Shown here one piece after another: positions 9,896 through 19,312 of a DNA stretch of 37,003 nt. Source of the stretch: a virus (lineage: Duplodnaviria > Caudoviricetes). The position numbers were made by a program, and so were the translations under genes. Location of the stretch: the IMG/VR virus record IMGVR_UViG_3300032243_001765, positions 1 to 37,003 of that record, one strand, 5' to 3'. The notes beneath the pieces are model-generated. The model searched no databases and was not told where the DNA came from. It was given only the letters and a program-made list of their open reading frames with translations. Every line of letters begins with the position of its first letter. The stretch's first letter is position 1.

Positions 9896-11182
9896 TTAAT
9901 TCCATTGTATATTTCCACTTATGGGTTCTGACCAACCCTTAGAAATACTATGAGGCCACACTATCCAGCTATATGGTTTTTCCGCAGTCATAAAACTTCT
10001 CCACACCTTACAATAACCATCTGGATCTTTTTTCATATTAGCGATTTCTTCTGGTGTTGCATCTTGTCTAAATATATCCTGTCCATTCATGTCTTTAAAA
10101 GCCACACACCAAAAATCATAATCTTCTTCTGGTACTTGATCGTATCCTATATCTATACAATGTTTAAATAAGGGAATTAGTTTTTCTTGAAATTCTTCAT
10201 CAGAAATATCTATATTAATCAGCTTGGGAGGGATATGATCAAGAACTTCTTGAGTTATAGAGCGTGATCTAAATTGTAGTCCAGAATATTTCTCATAATC
10301 CCTTAAAGTCCTGACATTCCCAAATCCATAACGACCAAAATCAATGTTTTTATCTTCAATATCCATACCAAAAAGCTGCCTATTTCTAGCATGACATAAT
10401 GAGTTACGATCAGGCCATGATGTTACGTCGTCCCACTGTTTGCTTCGTCCTCTTCTGGTGTATTCATGCCAGCAAATTATCTTATTTGGATAATAGATAT
10501 CATATCCATGAGTAAATGCTCTAACAGCAATACTAATTTCTTCTCCATGAAAATAGTAATTTGGATCATGAGAGACCTCTTTGCAAAATATTCCTAATGT
10601 AAAAGCAAAATGCGCACTATAAAACCTGCCCGGTAGTGGTTTGCTAATATCTTCAATATTTGGATCAAATGATGATGGTAAAAAGAAAACGGCCCCCTCC
10701 GGTATAAACCTATCAAAAGTCATTTTCCACGGTTCTAATATTCTTTCATTAGGATCATTGTCAGGATTAAAACTTGGTATATATGCTGTGATTAGTGGTT
10801 TGGGCGAACCAGACTGTTGTAGTTCTTTTAACATACTTATTAAAATAGTATCCCATCCATTCACAAATCTATGATGAGAATCCAGTTGTAAAGTATAATT
10901 CTCTCCCTGATATAAATTCTGTATAAGATTTCTAGCCCAGCAAACCCCCTGAGAATCTCTATAGTCTATATCAATAATTTTAAAACGACTATCATATCTA
11001 TACTGGTCCAGAGTGTCCCATATATCATCTGGATGATGCTGCCAAGCTATTCCAAATCTTAAATTATCAGGATACTTAGCTTTATCCAAAGCGTCCTTAA
11101 TAGTGGGAATAAGTTGTGGATCTCTATAGGCTGCGATTTGTATAAAAATAGTTTCAGTTTTCTTTTCTTTCTTCTGCTTCAT
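9896..11182 (-). CDS. GT60-family polypeptide N-acetylglucosaminyltransferase (Skp1-hydroxyproline GlcNAc-transferase-like) with a C-terminal extension
   Basis: TIFIQIAAYRD, GVCWAR, LQLDSHHRF..GWD (DxH), FAF, F.GEEI...VRAFTHGYD and H.Y motifs characteristic of GT60. Confidence 0.85.
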   Translation of the reverse strand: MKQKKEKKTETIFIQIAAYRDPQLIPTIKDALDKAKYPDNLRFGIAWQHHPDDIWDTLDQYRYDSRFKIIDIDYRDSQGVCWARNLIQNLYQGENYTLQLDSHHRFVNGWDTILISMLKELQQSGSPKPLITAYIPSFNPDNDPNERILEPWKMTFDRFIPEGAVFFLPSSFDPNIEDISKPLPGRFYSAHFAFTLGIFCKEVSHDPNYYFHGEEISIAVRAFTHGYDIYYPNKIICWHEYTRRGRSKQWDDVTSWPDRNSLCHARNRQLFGMDIEDKNIDFGRYGFGNVRTLRDYEKYSGLQFRSRSITQEVLDHIPPKLINIDISDEEFQEKLIPLFKHCIDIGYDQVPEEDYDFWCVAFKDMNGQDIFRQDATPEEIANMKKDPDGYCKVWRSFMTAEKPYSWIVWPHSISKGWSEPISGNIQWN

Positions 11183-12779
11183 AATGATACATTCTGTTGT
11201 GGGTAATTGGGCTGGCTAATAGTACTGCTGGTTTAATTTTGTTTTCTTTAGTAAGTGTATAAATATGACTCATCCATGTTTGTTCATACGGATAATTCCA
11301 TTTTGTATCTAAGAACATTTTTTGGTTACCGCTTCTACTAATAATATGAGGCCAGTTACTATAGTAAATCTCTCCATCAGTATACGGTATTTGGTTTAAG
11401 GTTTTTATATTATTAAATATTGTATATGGTTTCTGAGCTAAATTTCCAAAATATTCTACTCTTTTTTCCTGTGGCACATTATGCCAACTCCATTGATCTC
11501 CATTATGACCATAGAATTCACTAAAGCTTAGTTTTAAAAAGTCATATTTTTCTTTATCCATAATTTTTATTATAGTATTATACAGGCTATCGGTTCTTTT
11601 TTTAAATCCAAAAGCGCACTCGTTCTCATAATCTAGTAGCATATCATCTTCAAAAAACAACATGTACTCTGATTCTGAACAATTGAAGTGTTCGGCAGCT
11701 AGTTGTCGTCCACCGCAAATACCAATATTACCTTTGCGAATTTCTATCATCTCGTATTTATTGATAATATTTTCATATTGTGCAAATAGGTTGGGCTTTG
11801 TGGTGTTATTGATTAATATTTTATGAGTTTGTTCTAAAAATTTTGGTTCGTATCTTTCAAAAGAATCCAAAACCATTTGTAGTTGTTCTGGAGAATTAAA
11901 AGTATTAATATATAAACTAATTTTTTTTGGGGGGGGCAATTTAATAGATTCATTCTGTATTTTTTCAAAAAAACTATATAATAATCCATCATCATTTATC
12001 ATTTCAAAATTATAAGTTTCACTATCTAAATAAGTCATAATAGTAAAGATACTTTCTTCAGTACCCATATATCCTTCATTTAATGAATCCTGAAGTAGAG
12101 TATAGTATAGATTATTAGCCTGAGAAATATAGTCTTTATGCCCTCCAAAAAATCCTCCTCTTGCAACTCTATTAACTGTTTCACTTTGACAAAACTTTTT
12201 CATACCTTCTATTGAAAAACCATGTATTTCGGAATTGGTTTCATATGGAAAACAAATGAATAAAAATTTACTCGCTAGCTTTTTTATATTTTCTAATGTA
12301 TAAGATTTATCAAAATAACCTAAGCTGACAGTATTTGATATTCCACCATCAATCCAGAAAAAATACTCACTATCAAAAGGATTAAAAATTTTAGCATTAT
12401 GGAGTAAAAACATTTTACTCATAACCATAGGATTATAATATTCTAAGTTTCCTTGAGAACTATCTTTCAGCCATACAGCTTGATTTTGCCATTCTGTACT
12501 ATTTCTAATCTTTTGTATAGTATCAAAGAATGGAAAAAAATTATTATTGAAGTCTTGCTTAGAATGATGATAAACCCTGGTATTACTGGGGCTCCTATGT
12601 TCCCAGACTAGATTTTCCAATGTAGGATCTATAAAAACCATTAAATTAATATTATAAGAATTAGTCTCTTTTAATAGTTGAATAAAACTAGATATATAAT
12701 GATCAAAAGACCTATTCCATCCTTCTGGAGCGGAAGACCGGCCTAAGTCCCAAATACCAGTTAAAAATGTTATATTCAT
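11154..12779 (-). CDS. Two-domain glycosyltransferase: HtrL/YibB (WlaTC)-like N-terminal domain fused to a GT2-like GT-A domain
   Basis: N-domain: TGIWDLGR, SKMFLL..A...NPFDSEYFFWIDGG, GGFFGG, GTEESIF. C-domain: NIGICGGR, YMLFFEDD. Linker LPPPKK. Confidence 0.7.
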   Translation of the reverse strand: MNITFLTGIWDLGRSSAPEGWNRSFDHYISSFIQLLKETNSYNINLMVFIDPTLENLVWEHRSPSNTRVYHHSKQDFNNNFFPFFDTIQKIRNSTEWQNQAVWLKDSSQGNLEYYNPMVMSKMFLLHNAKIFNPFDSEYFFWIDGGISNTVSLGYFDKSYTLENIKKLASKFLFICFPYETNSEIHGFSIEGMKKFCQSETVNRVARGGFFGGHKDYISQANNLYYTLLQDSLNEGYMGTEESIFTIMTYLDSETYNFEMINDDGLLYSFFEKIQNESIKLPPPKKISLYINTFNSPEQLQMVLDSFERYEPKFLEQTHKILINNTTKPNLFAQYENIINKYEMIEIRKGNIGICGGRQLAAEHFNCSESEYMLFFEDDMLLDYENECAFGFKKRTDSLYNTIIKIMDKEKYDFLKLSFSEFYGHNGDQWSWHNVPQEKRVEYFGNLAQKPYTIFNNIKTLNQIPYTDGEIYYSNWPHIISRSGNQKMFLDTKWNYPYEQTWMSHIYTLTKENKIKPAVLLASPITHNRMYHYEAEERKEN

Positions 12780-12785
12780 AATCTA

Positions 12786-13997
12786 TTAAGCCTTGCCAGG
12801 ATCTCCGCAAGGAGGAGGAGAGGGTAAGAAATTTGGAACATCGCAATCTTCACAATCAATAAACGGATTATCACAAGCTAAACCGATTCCTGGATTAGTA
12901 ACACAATTATTATTTAGAAAAGTTCTTTCAGTGGCGCTTAAAAAAGATCCAGGACTACTGGCTAGAGCACACGGTATTCTACCAAAAATGTCTCCCTCTC
13001 CAGTTTTTGTATCTATAGTTATCCAACCAGGATTATGTTCTCCTTCAATAAGATTATCCTGATAGTCTTTAACCTCGCTTTCTGACGGGGAATTACATAA
13101 AACCTGTAAATCCATTGTCCAATTATATCTTTTATTTTTAATATAAGAGAGTTTTGAAGTCCCTAAATCAACTTCTAAATTTATGGAATCTCCTTCAATA
13201 ACTTGATCTTGAGATAAAAGAGTGGCACAGCAATCATCTCCTATAACATAGGTTCTTCTTATAGTTTTACTTTTCATTCGCTTAAGATTTTGATTTTGTA
13301 GATTAGCTCTAACGTTATTTCTTAAATTCTGTACATTTAATTGATTTATAGCAGCTATACCATTCAGGTCATTATCAATGAAATTCATCAGAGCGTTTAT
13401 ATCATTAACATTAGTATTAGCCTTACACGTTGAACTAAATAAATATGTAGCAATATTTACTAAATTTCCATTTACTAGTTGCTGAGCGCCGTTTGGTGAT
13501 GTTCTTACTGAGATTTTATCTTCTTCTATTCTATCTGGAGGATAACAATAAGTTCGATTATTTACTATATCTGTGGCTACTAAAGAATCATCTTTACAGC
13601 ATTTTGCTTGATATTCATCTTTGGTAAAATATTTGGCACCTGGAACTGGAAAAAAATCTATTATTCTGGGTATTTGTAGTATTGTAAAAACATCATCTAT
13701 TTTGGATATTGCTCCGATCTTCGCGTGTATGGCGAGCGGATCATTGTGTGGATTAGTTACACTAGGATTTGTATATGATAGAGTAAATGTGTTATTACCC
13801 TCGCTATTATAAACAAAAACGGTAATATCTTCATAAAAGCTTACGTCTGAGTATGGTGCATCGCTTCTTTCGCCATTGCTAGATGTTACCAAATGAAATT
13901 TAACCCTCCACTTAGAAAGATCACAATTACAGCAACATCCAGCTAGTCCATTAGAACTAGTTAGTAGTCTTCCATTAGATACATATAATGGACTCAT
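12786..13997 (-). CDS. Cysteine-rich hypothetical protein
   Basis: 403-aa ORF tightly packed in the operon. About 17 Cys, including CCCNC, two CC pairs and CEDC. Confidence 0.7.
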   Translation of the reverse strand: MSPLYVSNGRLLTSSNGLAGCCCNCDLSKWRVKFHLVTSSNGERSDAPYSDVSFYEDITVFVYNSEGNNTFTLSYTNPSVTNPHNDPLAIHAKIGAISKIDDVFTILQIPRIIDFFPVPGAKYFTKDEYQAKCCKDDSLVATDIVNNRTYCYPPDRIEEDKISVRTSPNGAQQLVNGNLVNIATYLFSSTCKANTNVNDINALMNFIDNDLNGIAAINQLNVQNLRNNVRANLQNQNLKRMKSKTIRRTYVIGDDCCATLLSQDQVIEGDSINLEVDLGTSKLSYIKNKRYNWTMDLQVLCNSPSESEVKDYQDNLIEGEHNPGWITIDTKTGEGDIFGRIPCALASSPGSFLSATERTFLNNNCVTNPGIGLACDNPFIDCEDCDVPNFLPSPPPCGDPGKA

Positions 13998-14000
13998 TAC

Positions 14001-14327
14001 TTATTTATCCTTGTCTTTAACCCACTTATGCCATCCTTTATTTGGCAAATAATTACCTTCATCATCTTTTCTTTTGGGAAAGAGAGTTCCACCCTTTTTA
14101 TGCTGACCAAAAGCTAGTATAGCACCACAATCAGCACATCTTAATTCATAGTAGTCATTACCTTCTACGTTTCTAACTACAAAACGTAAATTAGTACTGT
14201 CACACAATCCGCATTTTTCTTCAGCAAAAATTTCTTGGATCAAAGCTAGTTCTTTAAAAATCTCTTTCTGACCAGCAGCTTCTAATTCAAATTCTAGTTT
14301 ATCTCCAACCCTATATTTAACTTTCAT
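14001..14327 (-). CDS. Small zinc-ribbon hypothetical protein
   Basis: CGLC...CADC motif. AAGGTG RBS upstream. Confidence 0.75.
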   Translation of the reverse strand: MKVKYRVGDKLEFELEAAGQKEIFKELALIQEIFAEEKCGLCDSTNLRFVVRNVEGNDYYELRCADCGAILAFGQHKKGGTLFPKRKDDEGNYLPNKGWHKWVKDKDK

Positions 14328-14336
14328 ATTATCACC

Positions 14337-15050
14337 TTATTTCCAGTTTGAGTCATAACCAATAATATCTTCAGGGATATTATTACTTTGTTGATAGCTT
14401 GATAATGTGCTGATAGTTTTAACAGCATCATCATATGATATATGATAAATGTTTTTATGATCAATAGCAAGTTTTTCTAGTAATTTATGAATATTTATAT
14501 TAAGCCTCTTACCAAAAACATCAAAAAAATTAATTTGAGTACTATTAATCTTATTGAGATTATTTTCCTCTAAATGACTAGTATCAATATCTTTAGCTAT
14601 TTCATCGGCAGTTACTACTTTTCTTAGTTTAAGCCCTTTTCTTAATGCTCGTCCTTCTGCTCTGGTTTCTGCAACAGCAACTGGATGATTCCGGAATACT
14701 TTGTCACAATTGCCCCAATAAACGTCTGCTGCGCCGGCCACAACCCGGCATTTAATGGGTGAGGTGTCAGGCTCATCATTTAAAACGTAGTTGATGGTGT
14801 AGACCACAGTGGCTCGTCTTTCGTTATCTATAGTAGGAGATTGAACAACATCTGGTTCGGCAGAAATGATAGTACAATTTAAAGCTATTTCAAAAATTCT
14901 ACGCAAACCATCAGTGGTTGGATTACCCTGGATCTTTTCATCCTCGCTCAATAAACTCAAAACATGATCAGTCCATTCCAGATCATTGGGTGATACAGTT
15001 TTAGCAGCATTATCAATTAATGTATCGGTTTCTTTTTTTGATTTAACCAT
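14337..15050 (-). CDS. Putative single-strand annealing (Rad52/Erf/Sak-like) protein
   Basis: Beta-rich core followed by the helix AVAETRAEGRALRKGL, reminiscent of Rad52-like SSAP folds. The family is not certain. Confidence 0.45.
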   Translation of the reverse strand: MVKSKKETDTLIDNAAKTVSPNDLEWTDHVLSLLSEDEKIQGNPTTDGLRRIFEIALNCTIISAEPDVVQSPTIDNERRATVVYTINYVLNDEPDTSPIKCRVVAGAADVYWGNCDKVFRNHPVAVAETRAEGRALRKGLKLRKVVTADEIAKDIDTSHLEENNLNKINSTQINFFDVFGKRLNINIHKLLEKLAIDHKNIYHISYDDAVKTISTLSSYQQSNNIPEDIIGYDSNWK

Positions 15051-15051
15051 C

Positions 15052-15846
15052 TTAATCTCCTATTTCAATAGTCCTATTATCTGACGCTGGAAATTTATTT
15101 GATATTTGTTGTAGTATAGTTTTTAGTTCACTATATAGCAATTTTGCCCTGGCCTTAGAAAAATCTCTGGTTTGTTTTACTCTTATCAAAACCAATCCTT
15201 TACCTAAAATAAGTCCGCTCTTTTTATTATCGTAGCCCTTATTTCTTTTTAAAGCTTCTTTGCCCCACACTGGCTCAAAATGAGAAGGACCGTCAACTTC
15301 TATGGCCGTATTCATAGTAGGTAGAAACAGGTCTATTTGCAACTTGGTGTTGGATAAAGTTTGTTCTTTATGAAAGTCCACCCTATAACCATCTTGTAGT
15401 AGACTATTTAGCAAAAATGTTTCTAGCTTAGATCCTTCTTTGCTGGCTCTTCTAACTGCTAAGTTAGCTTCGTGCAAAATATTAGCTTTAACATCTTCTG
15501 ATAAGTTTTCCCAATTTTGTTTGGCTTTTTCTTTACGCTGCTCTCTGGTAATATCATCAAGATTTTCCCAAGCGTTCATTACTGATAAACCAATTTTATC
15601 TTTGGTTTCAGAAGATCGTGGTTTGCCTTTGGTTGGGTGTTGAGTTTTGCCACTCGATAAAGCATTTTTTTGTGCTAAGCTCTTATCTTTGATGTTTATC
15701 TTATACTTTAGAGCATCTCTTCTGATTTTATTAGCATAAGTTCCATACTCATTGGCAATATCCCTAAAACTCTTATTGTTGAGTTCGTATTCTTGAATTA
15801 GAATTTCTTTTTTTTGTTTATCGGATAGTTTATCGTATTTATGCAT
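15052..15846 (-). CDS. Homing-endonuclease-like protein: HTH + NUMOD3-like DNA-binding motif + Vsr/DUF559-like nuclease
   Basis: HTH (SFRDIANEYGT..NKIRR), NUMOD3-like KGKPRSSETKDKIG, and nuclease SKLE...IDLFLP....IEVDGPSHF...D..K. Confidence 0.7.
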   Translation of the reverse strand: MHKYDKLSDKQKKEILIQEYELNNKSFRDIANEYGTYANKIRRDALKYKINIKDKSLAQKNALSSGKTQHPTKGKPRSSETKDKIGLSVMNAWENLDDITREQRKEKAKQNWENLSEDVKANILHEANLAVRRASKEGSKLETFLLNSLLQDGYRVDFHKEQTLSNTKLQIDLFLPTMNTAIEVDGPSHFEPVWGKEALKRNKGYDNKKSGLILGKGLVLIRVKQTRDFSKARAKLLYSELKTILQQISNKFPASDNRTIEIGD

Positions 15847-16204
15847 ATGTGTTGACCGTTATTGTGTTATTAGATACTGAATGAATTAAAACTGAACACC
15901 CAGACAAAGTATTGGGGTCTAAAGAACCAATAAATTCTTCCTGCCGATAAAGAACAGGATAACCTATTATTTGATGTTGATATTTAAGATAATCATTATA
16001 ATCTAAAAAAATAATATTTCCTTTATAGAATTTCATATAAAAAGATGGTAGAATAGCAATATTATATTTTTGAGTATAATTAATATTATCGCAGAAAACG
16101 ACAAGATCCACCAATTCTTTAGAATACAATAAAATTTCTACAGCCGGTAGAATTGGATCCAATAATTTTATATCAGAGGTGAGTATGGCTAATGAGTTTT
16201 TCAT
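15839..16204 (-). CDS. Hypothetical protein
   Basis: 121-aa ORF translationally coupled with both neighbours. Confidence 0.6.
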   Translation of the reverse strand: MKNSLAILTSDIKLLDPILPAVEILLYSKELVDLVVFCDNINYTQKYNIAILPSFYMKFYKGNIIFLDYNDYLKYQHQIIGYPVLYRQEEFIGSLDPNTLSGCSVLIHSVSNNTITVNTYA

Positions 16205-16840
16205 TTATGTGCTCAGTTGTTTCTGATTAATAAAAAGAGGTTTAATAATTTGATGATTATCCAATAGTTTATTGATAAGTTCAAAAATAAAATAATTATA
16301 ATATGCTGAATTATTAATTAGTTTTTTAATGTACGATGCGTGTGTCTTTGATATATAGTATATCTCACACAAACTGTTATCAAGATCATAAGCTATATGT
16401 TCGATTTTTTGATTAGTAATTGTGCAGCCCAGAGACCCTTTGTGTTTTTTATCTAATAGCACATAAGAATCATGACTATTATAATTAATATAATTATGCA
16501 TATGGTGATAATTAAATATATTTTCTCCTAATAGTAGTAAAAAGCCATCATTTAAATATTCTTGGGCTAGTGATAAAGAATACCCCTGATTATATCTCTC
16601 GTATTTTGCATTATGCACCATGGTCATATTATTAGCCAATGTGCTATTCTTTTCTACAAAAGAACACAGCTTTTTAGATTCAAATCCATGAACATAAATA
16701 ATATTGGCATATGGGAAATTTTGTTTAATATTTCTATACTGATGCTGAATAATGCTTTTATTATTTAAATCAAATAATCCAACACAACCCTTGGATTTCA
16801 TTCTTTTTTGAAATTTATCACCCAAAATTATACAATTCAT
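16205..16840 (-). CDS. Nucleotidyltransferase-like protein (LicC/sugar-phosphate NTP transferase fold) with a degenerate signature
   Basis: N-terminal CIILG....RMKSKG..GL.....SII..Q, YVHGF, N.KY..YN...SL and LLLGE correspond to NTP_transferase motifs, but the Gly-rich loop is altered. Confidence 0.55.
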   Translation of the reverse strand: MNCIILGDKFQKRMKSKGCVGLFDLNNKSIIQHQYRNIKQNFPYANIIYVHGFESKKLCSFVEKNSTLANNMTMVHNAKYERYNQGYSLSLAQEYLNDGFLLLLGENIFNYHHMHNYINYNSHDSYVLLDKKHKGSLGCTITNQKIEHIAYDLDNSLCEIYYISKTHASYIKKLINNSAYYNYFIFELINKLLDNHQIIKPLFINQKQLST

Positions 16841-17589
16841 ATAACTTTATAATTGTCCATATTTTCTAGAATATCAGTATCATGAGCCATGCTATATCTA
16901 TAAACGGATGTGCTGTATATTATACAACTCCTATCCTCATTGCTCAAGACTATAAACTGTCCTAAGTCTTCATGAATAAGATTATGAGTATAGTCTATCA
17001 TATTATTAATTTTATCATAAGCACTATTTAGGCATGTAATAAATCGATATTTTGCATTATTTTGAGTGATATCTTTTAATATATTTTGTTGAGTAAGTTC
17101 TGTGTCTAAAATAGTCTGTATACGCCAAGGACAATCAATATTTAAATCGCTGAATACTTTTTTCATAGCATCATAAGTGAACGATAGCTCTTTTGTTATA
17201 TATCTTAGAAAAATGATCTTTTGGGGTTTAATCTTTAAAGATGAGATATTTTCACATGCTTGTTGAAAATTATCAAAATTCATATTTTTAAGATCAACTA
17301 TCAATAAATAATTTAGCTGGTTTGTTTTTTTATATTGATTGATTTTTTCTTCTAAACTAGCATCTTGTAGATTAAATTGGTCAAACCACTTGTTTTCTCT
17401 ATAACCAATACATTTTTTACCATTAACAATAAAAAATTCTTTTTCTTCATCATAAGCTTCTAAAATTTCAATATTATTCTTTTTATATTTAGCTAAATAG
17501 TCCAAACCACAAGAAATCTGAGTCTGATTATCATAGACGGCAAAAACACAACTTTTGCACGGTGTGTGGATAGCATTTATTTCGTTCAT
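16837..17589 (-). CDS. Hypothetical protein with an N-terminal Cys cluster
   Basis: 250-aa ORF with CKSC...C...C. Overlaps both neighbours by a few bases. Confidence 0.65.
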   Translation of the reverse strand: MNEINAIHTPCKSCVFAVYDNQTQISCGLDYLAKYKKNNIEILEAYDEEKEFFIVNGKKCIGYRENKWFDQFNLQDASLEEKINQYKKTNQLNYLLIVDLKNMNFDNFQQACENISSLKIKPQKIIFLRYITKELSFTYDAMKKVFSDLNIDCPWRIQTILDTELTQQNILKDITQNNAKYRFITCLNSAYDKINNMIDYTHNLIHEDLGQFIVLSNEDRSCIIYSTSVYRYSMAHDTDILENMDNYKVI

Positions 17590-19229
17590 GATATAAAATC
17601 TTCCTTTTTTAGTGCTGCGGGATCATTTTTCATTTTTTCACACATAATTTTATTATTAAGATGTTGTTCTAGGATTTCTATGATTTGATTTTTATTAATA
17701 GAGGATAGATTGCCATTTCTGGCTACCAGCCCACTCACACAGTCTCTGATTAAGCATTGTACATTAGATGTTTGTAATATCGTTGGTTCTTTTAGAATAT
17801 TATTACAAATAAACTCTACAAACTCCTGTATCTCTAAATTTTTAGGCACTGCTACTGATTCATGGTCGGTTTCAGATATAATAGTATTCCATGATAATTT
17901 TTTACTAATATCTACAGAATCAAAACAGTTTTCCCAAACTTGATATACAGCATCCCATGTATATTGATCAATGCATTTTTGTCTAATAATCGAACTATTC
18001 ACCAGCTTAGTTTCATCAGAAGTATTCACAAAAAAATCATACATAATCTTAGTGGTAGCTTCTATATCAGGATACGCCCTATCAGCATTAGTTTCCATTT
18101 CTCTGAACATTCTATGAACTGGAATTTTGAAACCATTAAGATTCTGTGCTATTTCAGACATAGCACTATAATCTACAGAGGCTATTTGTAGCCCACAAGC
18201 AGCAGCTTCTACTTGGGGCATGCCAAAACCTTCGCATATTGCATATTGCATAAATAAATCAAATACATTATAAATCTTATTCAGTTGTTCAGTATTTACG
18301 CCATAATGTGGACTAGCAATAGAGGCGGTTTTATTATGACAATATTTACAATTAGTAATAGCGGTCTGAAATTTAGAAGGGAAAAAATTATTGCAATGCC
18401 TACAAATATAAGTAAAATATACTTTATTTAATAAGTTAAACTCTAATAATAAACCAGGTATATCCCATCCATTTTCTTCTGGATAAGATGTGTGCAAATA
18501 TAAACAGCTTTTATTGTATAAATCGTCTAACCCTGAGGACTTGAGTGCCTCTAGATATTTTTTATATGCTATCATAATATCTGGAAGTAGTTTTCTTTTT
18601 TGGTTACGCATCACCAAACCGACTACTGATAAATCTTCGCCAAAATAACTAATTTTATGCTGTTGTTTATTTTCTATTGGGTAAAATTCTTGTGGATTAA
18701 TACCAGCATTTGCTATAGATGGAAACAAATTAATATTATTGCCGCAGGACTCAGATAATACTTTTTTAGCCCAATCAGTATAAGGCACTACTATATCAGC
18801 ATTAGCAAAAGTATATAACCACTCTGTTTTCTGTGGTGCAGAGTCGGTGGCTGGCATAATAACCCAGTGAAAATATTTTTTATAAGGACTAGTTTCTTGA
18901 TAAGCAAACATCCAATAGTCCCTAATATCAAATACTATATGTGGTTTAAAATCCGCAACAGCTCTATTAAAGCGCCATAAGCCAAACTGATTAAGATTAT
19001 TGGCTTTATATTGATCCGCTCTAGGGTCGGATGAGGCCACGGCGTTTGGATAAAATTTCCATGGCAAAGTTTTATTTTTGGGATTGCTGATATCTGCATA
19101 ACAACCTAGTTCTGCTACTTCAAACTTATCTGATTGATGTAGTCTAGATATAATTTCTCTACCATAGATACCATATCCGGTATCTAGAAAACTGGCATCA
19201 TTAGCAATAAAAACTCTTTTTTTTACCAT
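17586..19229 (-). CDS. GT4-family (GT-B) glycosyltransferase with an inserted CxxC...CxxC motif
   Basis: TGYG, RNQKRK and EGFGMPQVEAAACG (E-x7-E) motifs. CRHC...CKYC insertion. Confidence 0.88.
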   Translation of the reverse strand: MVKKRVFIANDASFLDTGYGIYGREIISRLHQSDKFEVAELGCYADISNPKNKTLPWKFYPNAVASSDPRADQYKANNLNQFGLWRFNRAVADFKPHIVFDIRDYWMFAYQETSPYKKYFHWVIMPATDSAPQKTEWLYTFANADIVVPYTDWAKKVLSESCGNNINLFPSIANAGINPQEFYPIENKQQHKISYFGEDLSVVGLVMRNQKRKLLPDIMIAYKKYLEALKSSGLDDLYNKSCLYLHTSYPEENGWDIPGLLLEFNLLNKVYFTYICRHCNNFFPSKFQTAITNCKYCHNKTASIASPHYGVNTEQLNKIYNVFDLFMQYAICEGFGMPQVEAAACGLQIASVDYSAMSEIAQNLNGFKIPVHRMFREMETNADRAYPDIEATTKIMYDFFVNTSDETKLVNSSIIRQKCIDQYTWDAVYQVWENCFDSVDISKKLSWNTIISETDHESVAVPKNLEIQEFVEFICNNILKEPTILQTSNVQCLIRDCVSGLVARNGNLSSINKNQIIEILEQHLNNKIMCEKMKNDPAALKKEDFIS

Positions 19230-19243
19230 ATAGTTTTATATTA

Positions 19244-19294
19244 TATCTAAATAGAAATCTCTAGCGCTATTCACACTAGAGATTCTATTAGATA
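19244..19294. other. Long imperfect inverted repeat (RNA stem-loop) between ssb and the GT4 gene
   Basis: TATCTAAATAGAAATCTCTAG-N11-CTAGAGATTCTATTAGATA gives a 19-bp stem with two bulged bases. No clear U-tract on either strand. Confidence 0.7.
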
Positions 19295-19312
19295 GTAAGT
19301 ATTAATGAACAA

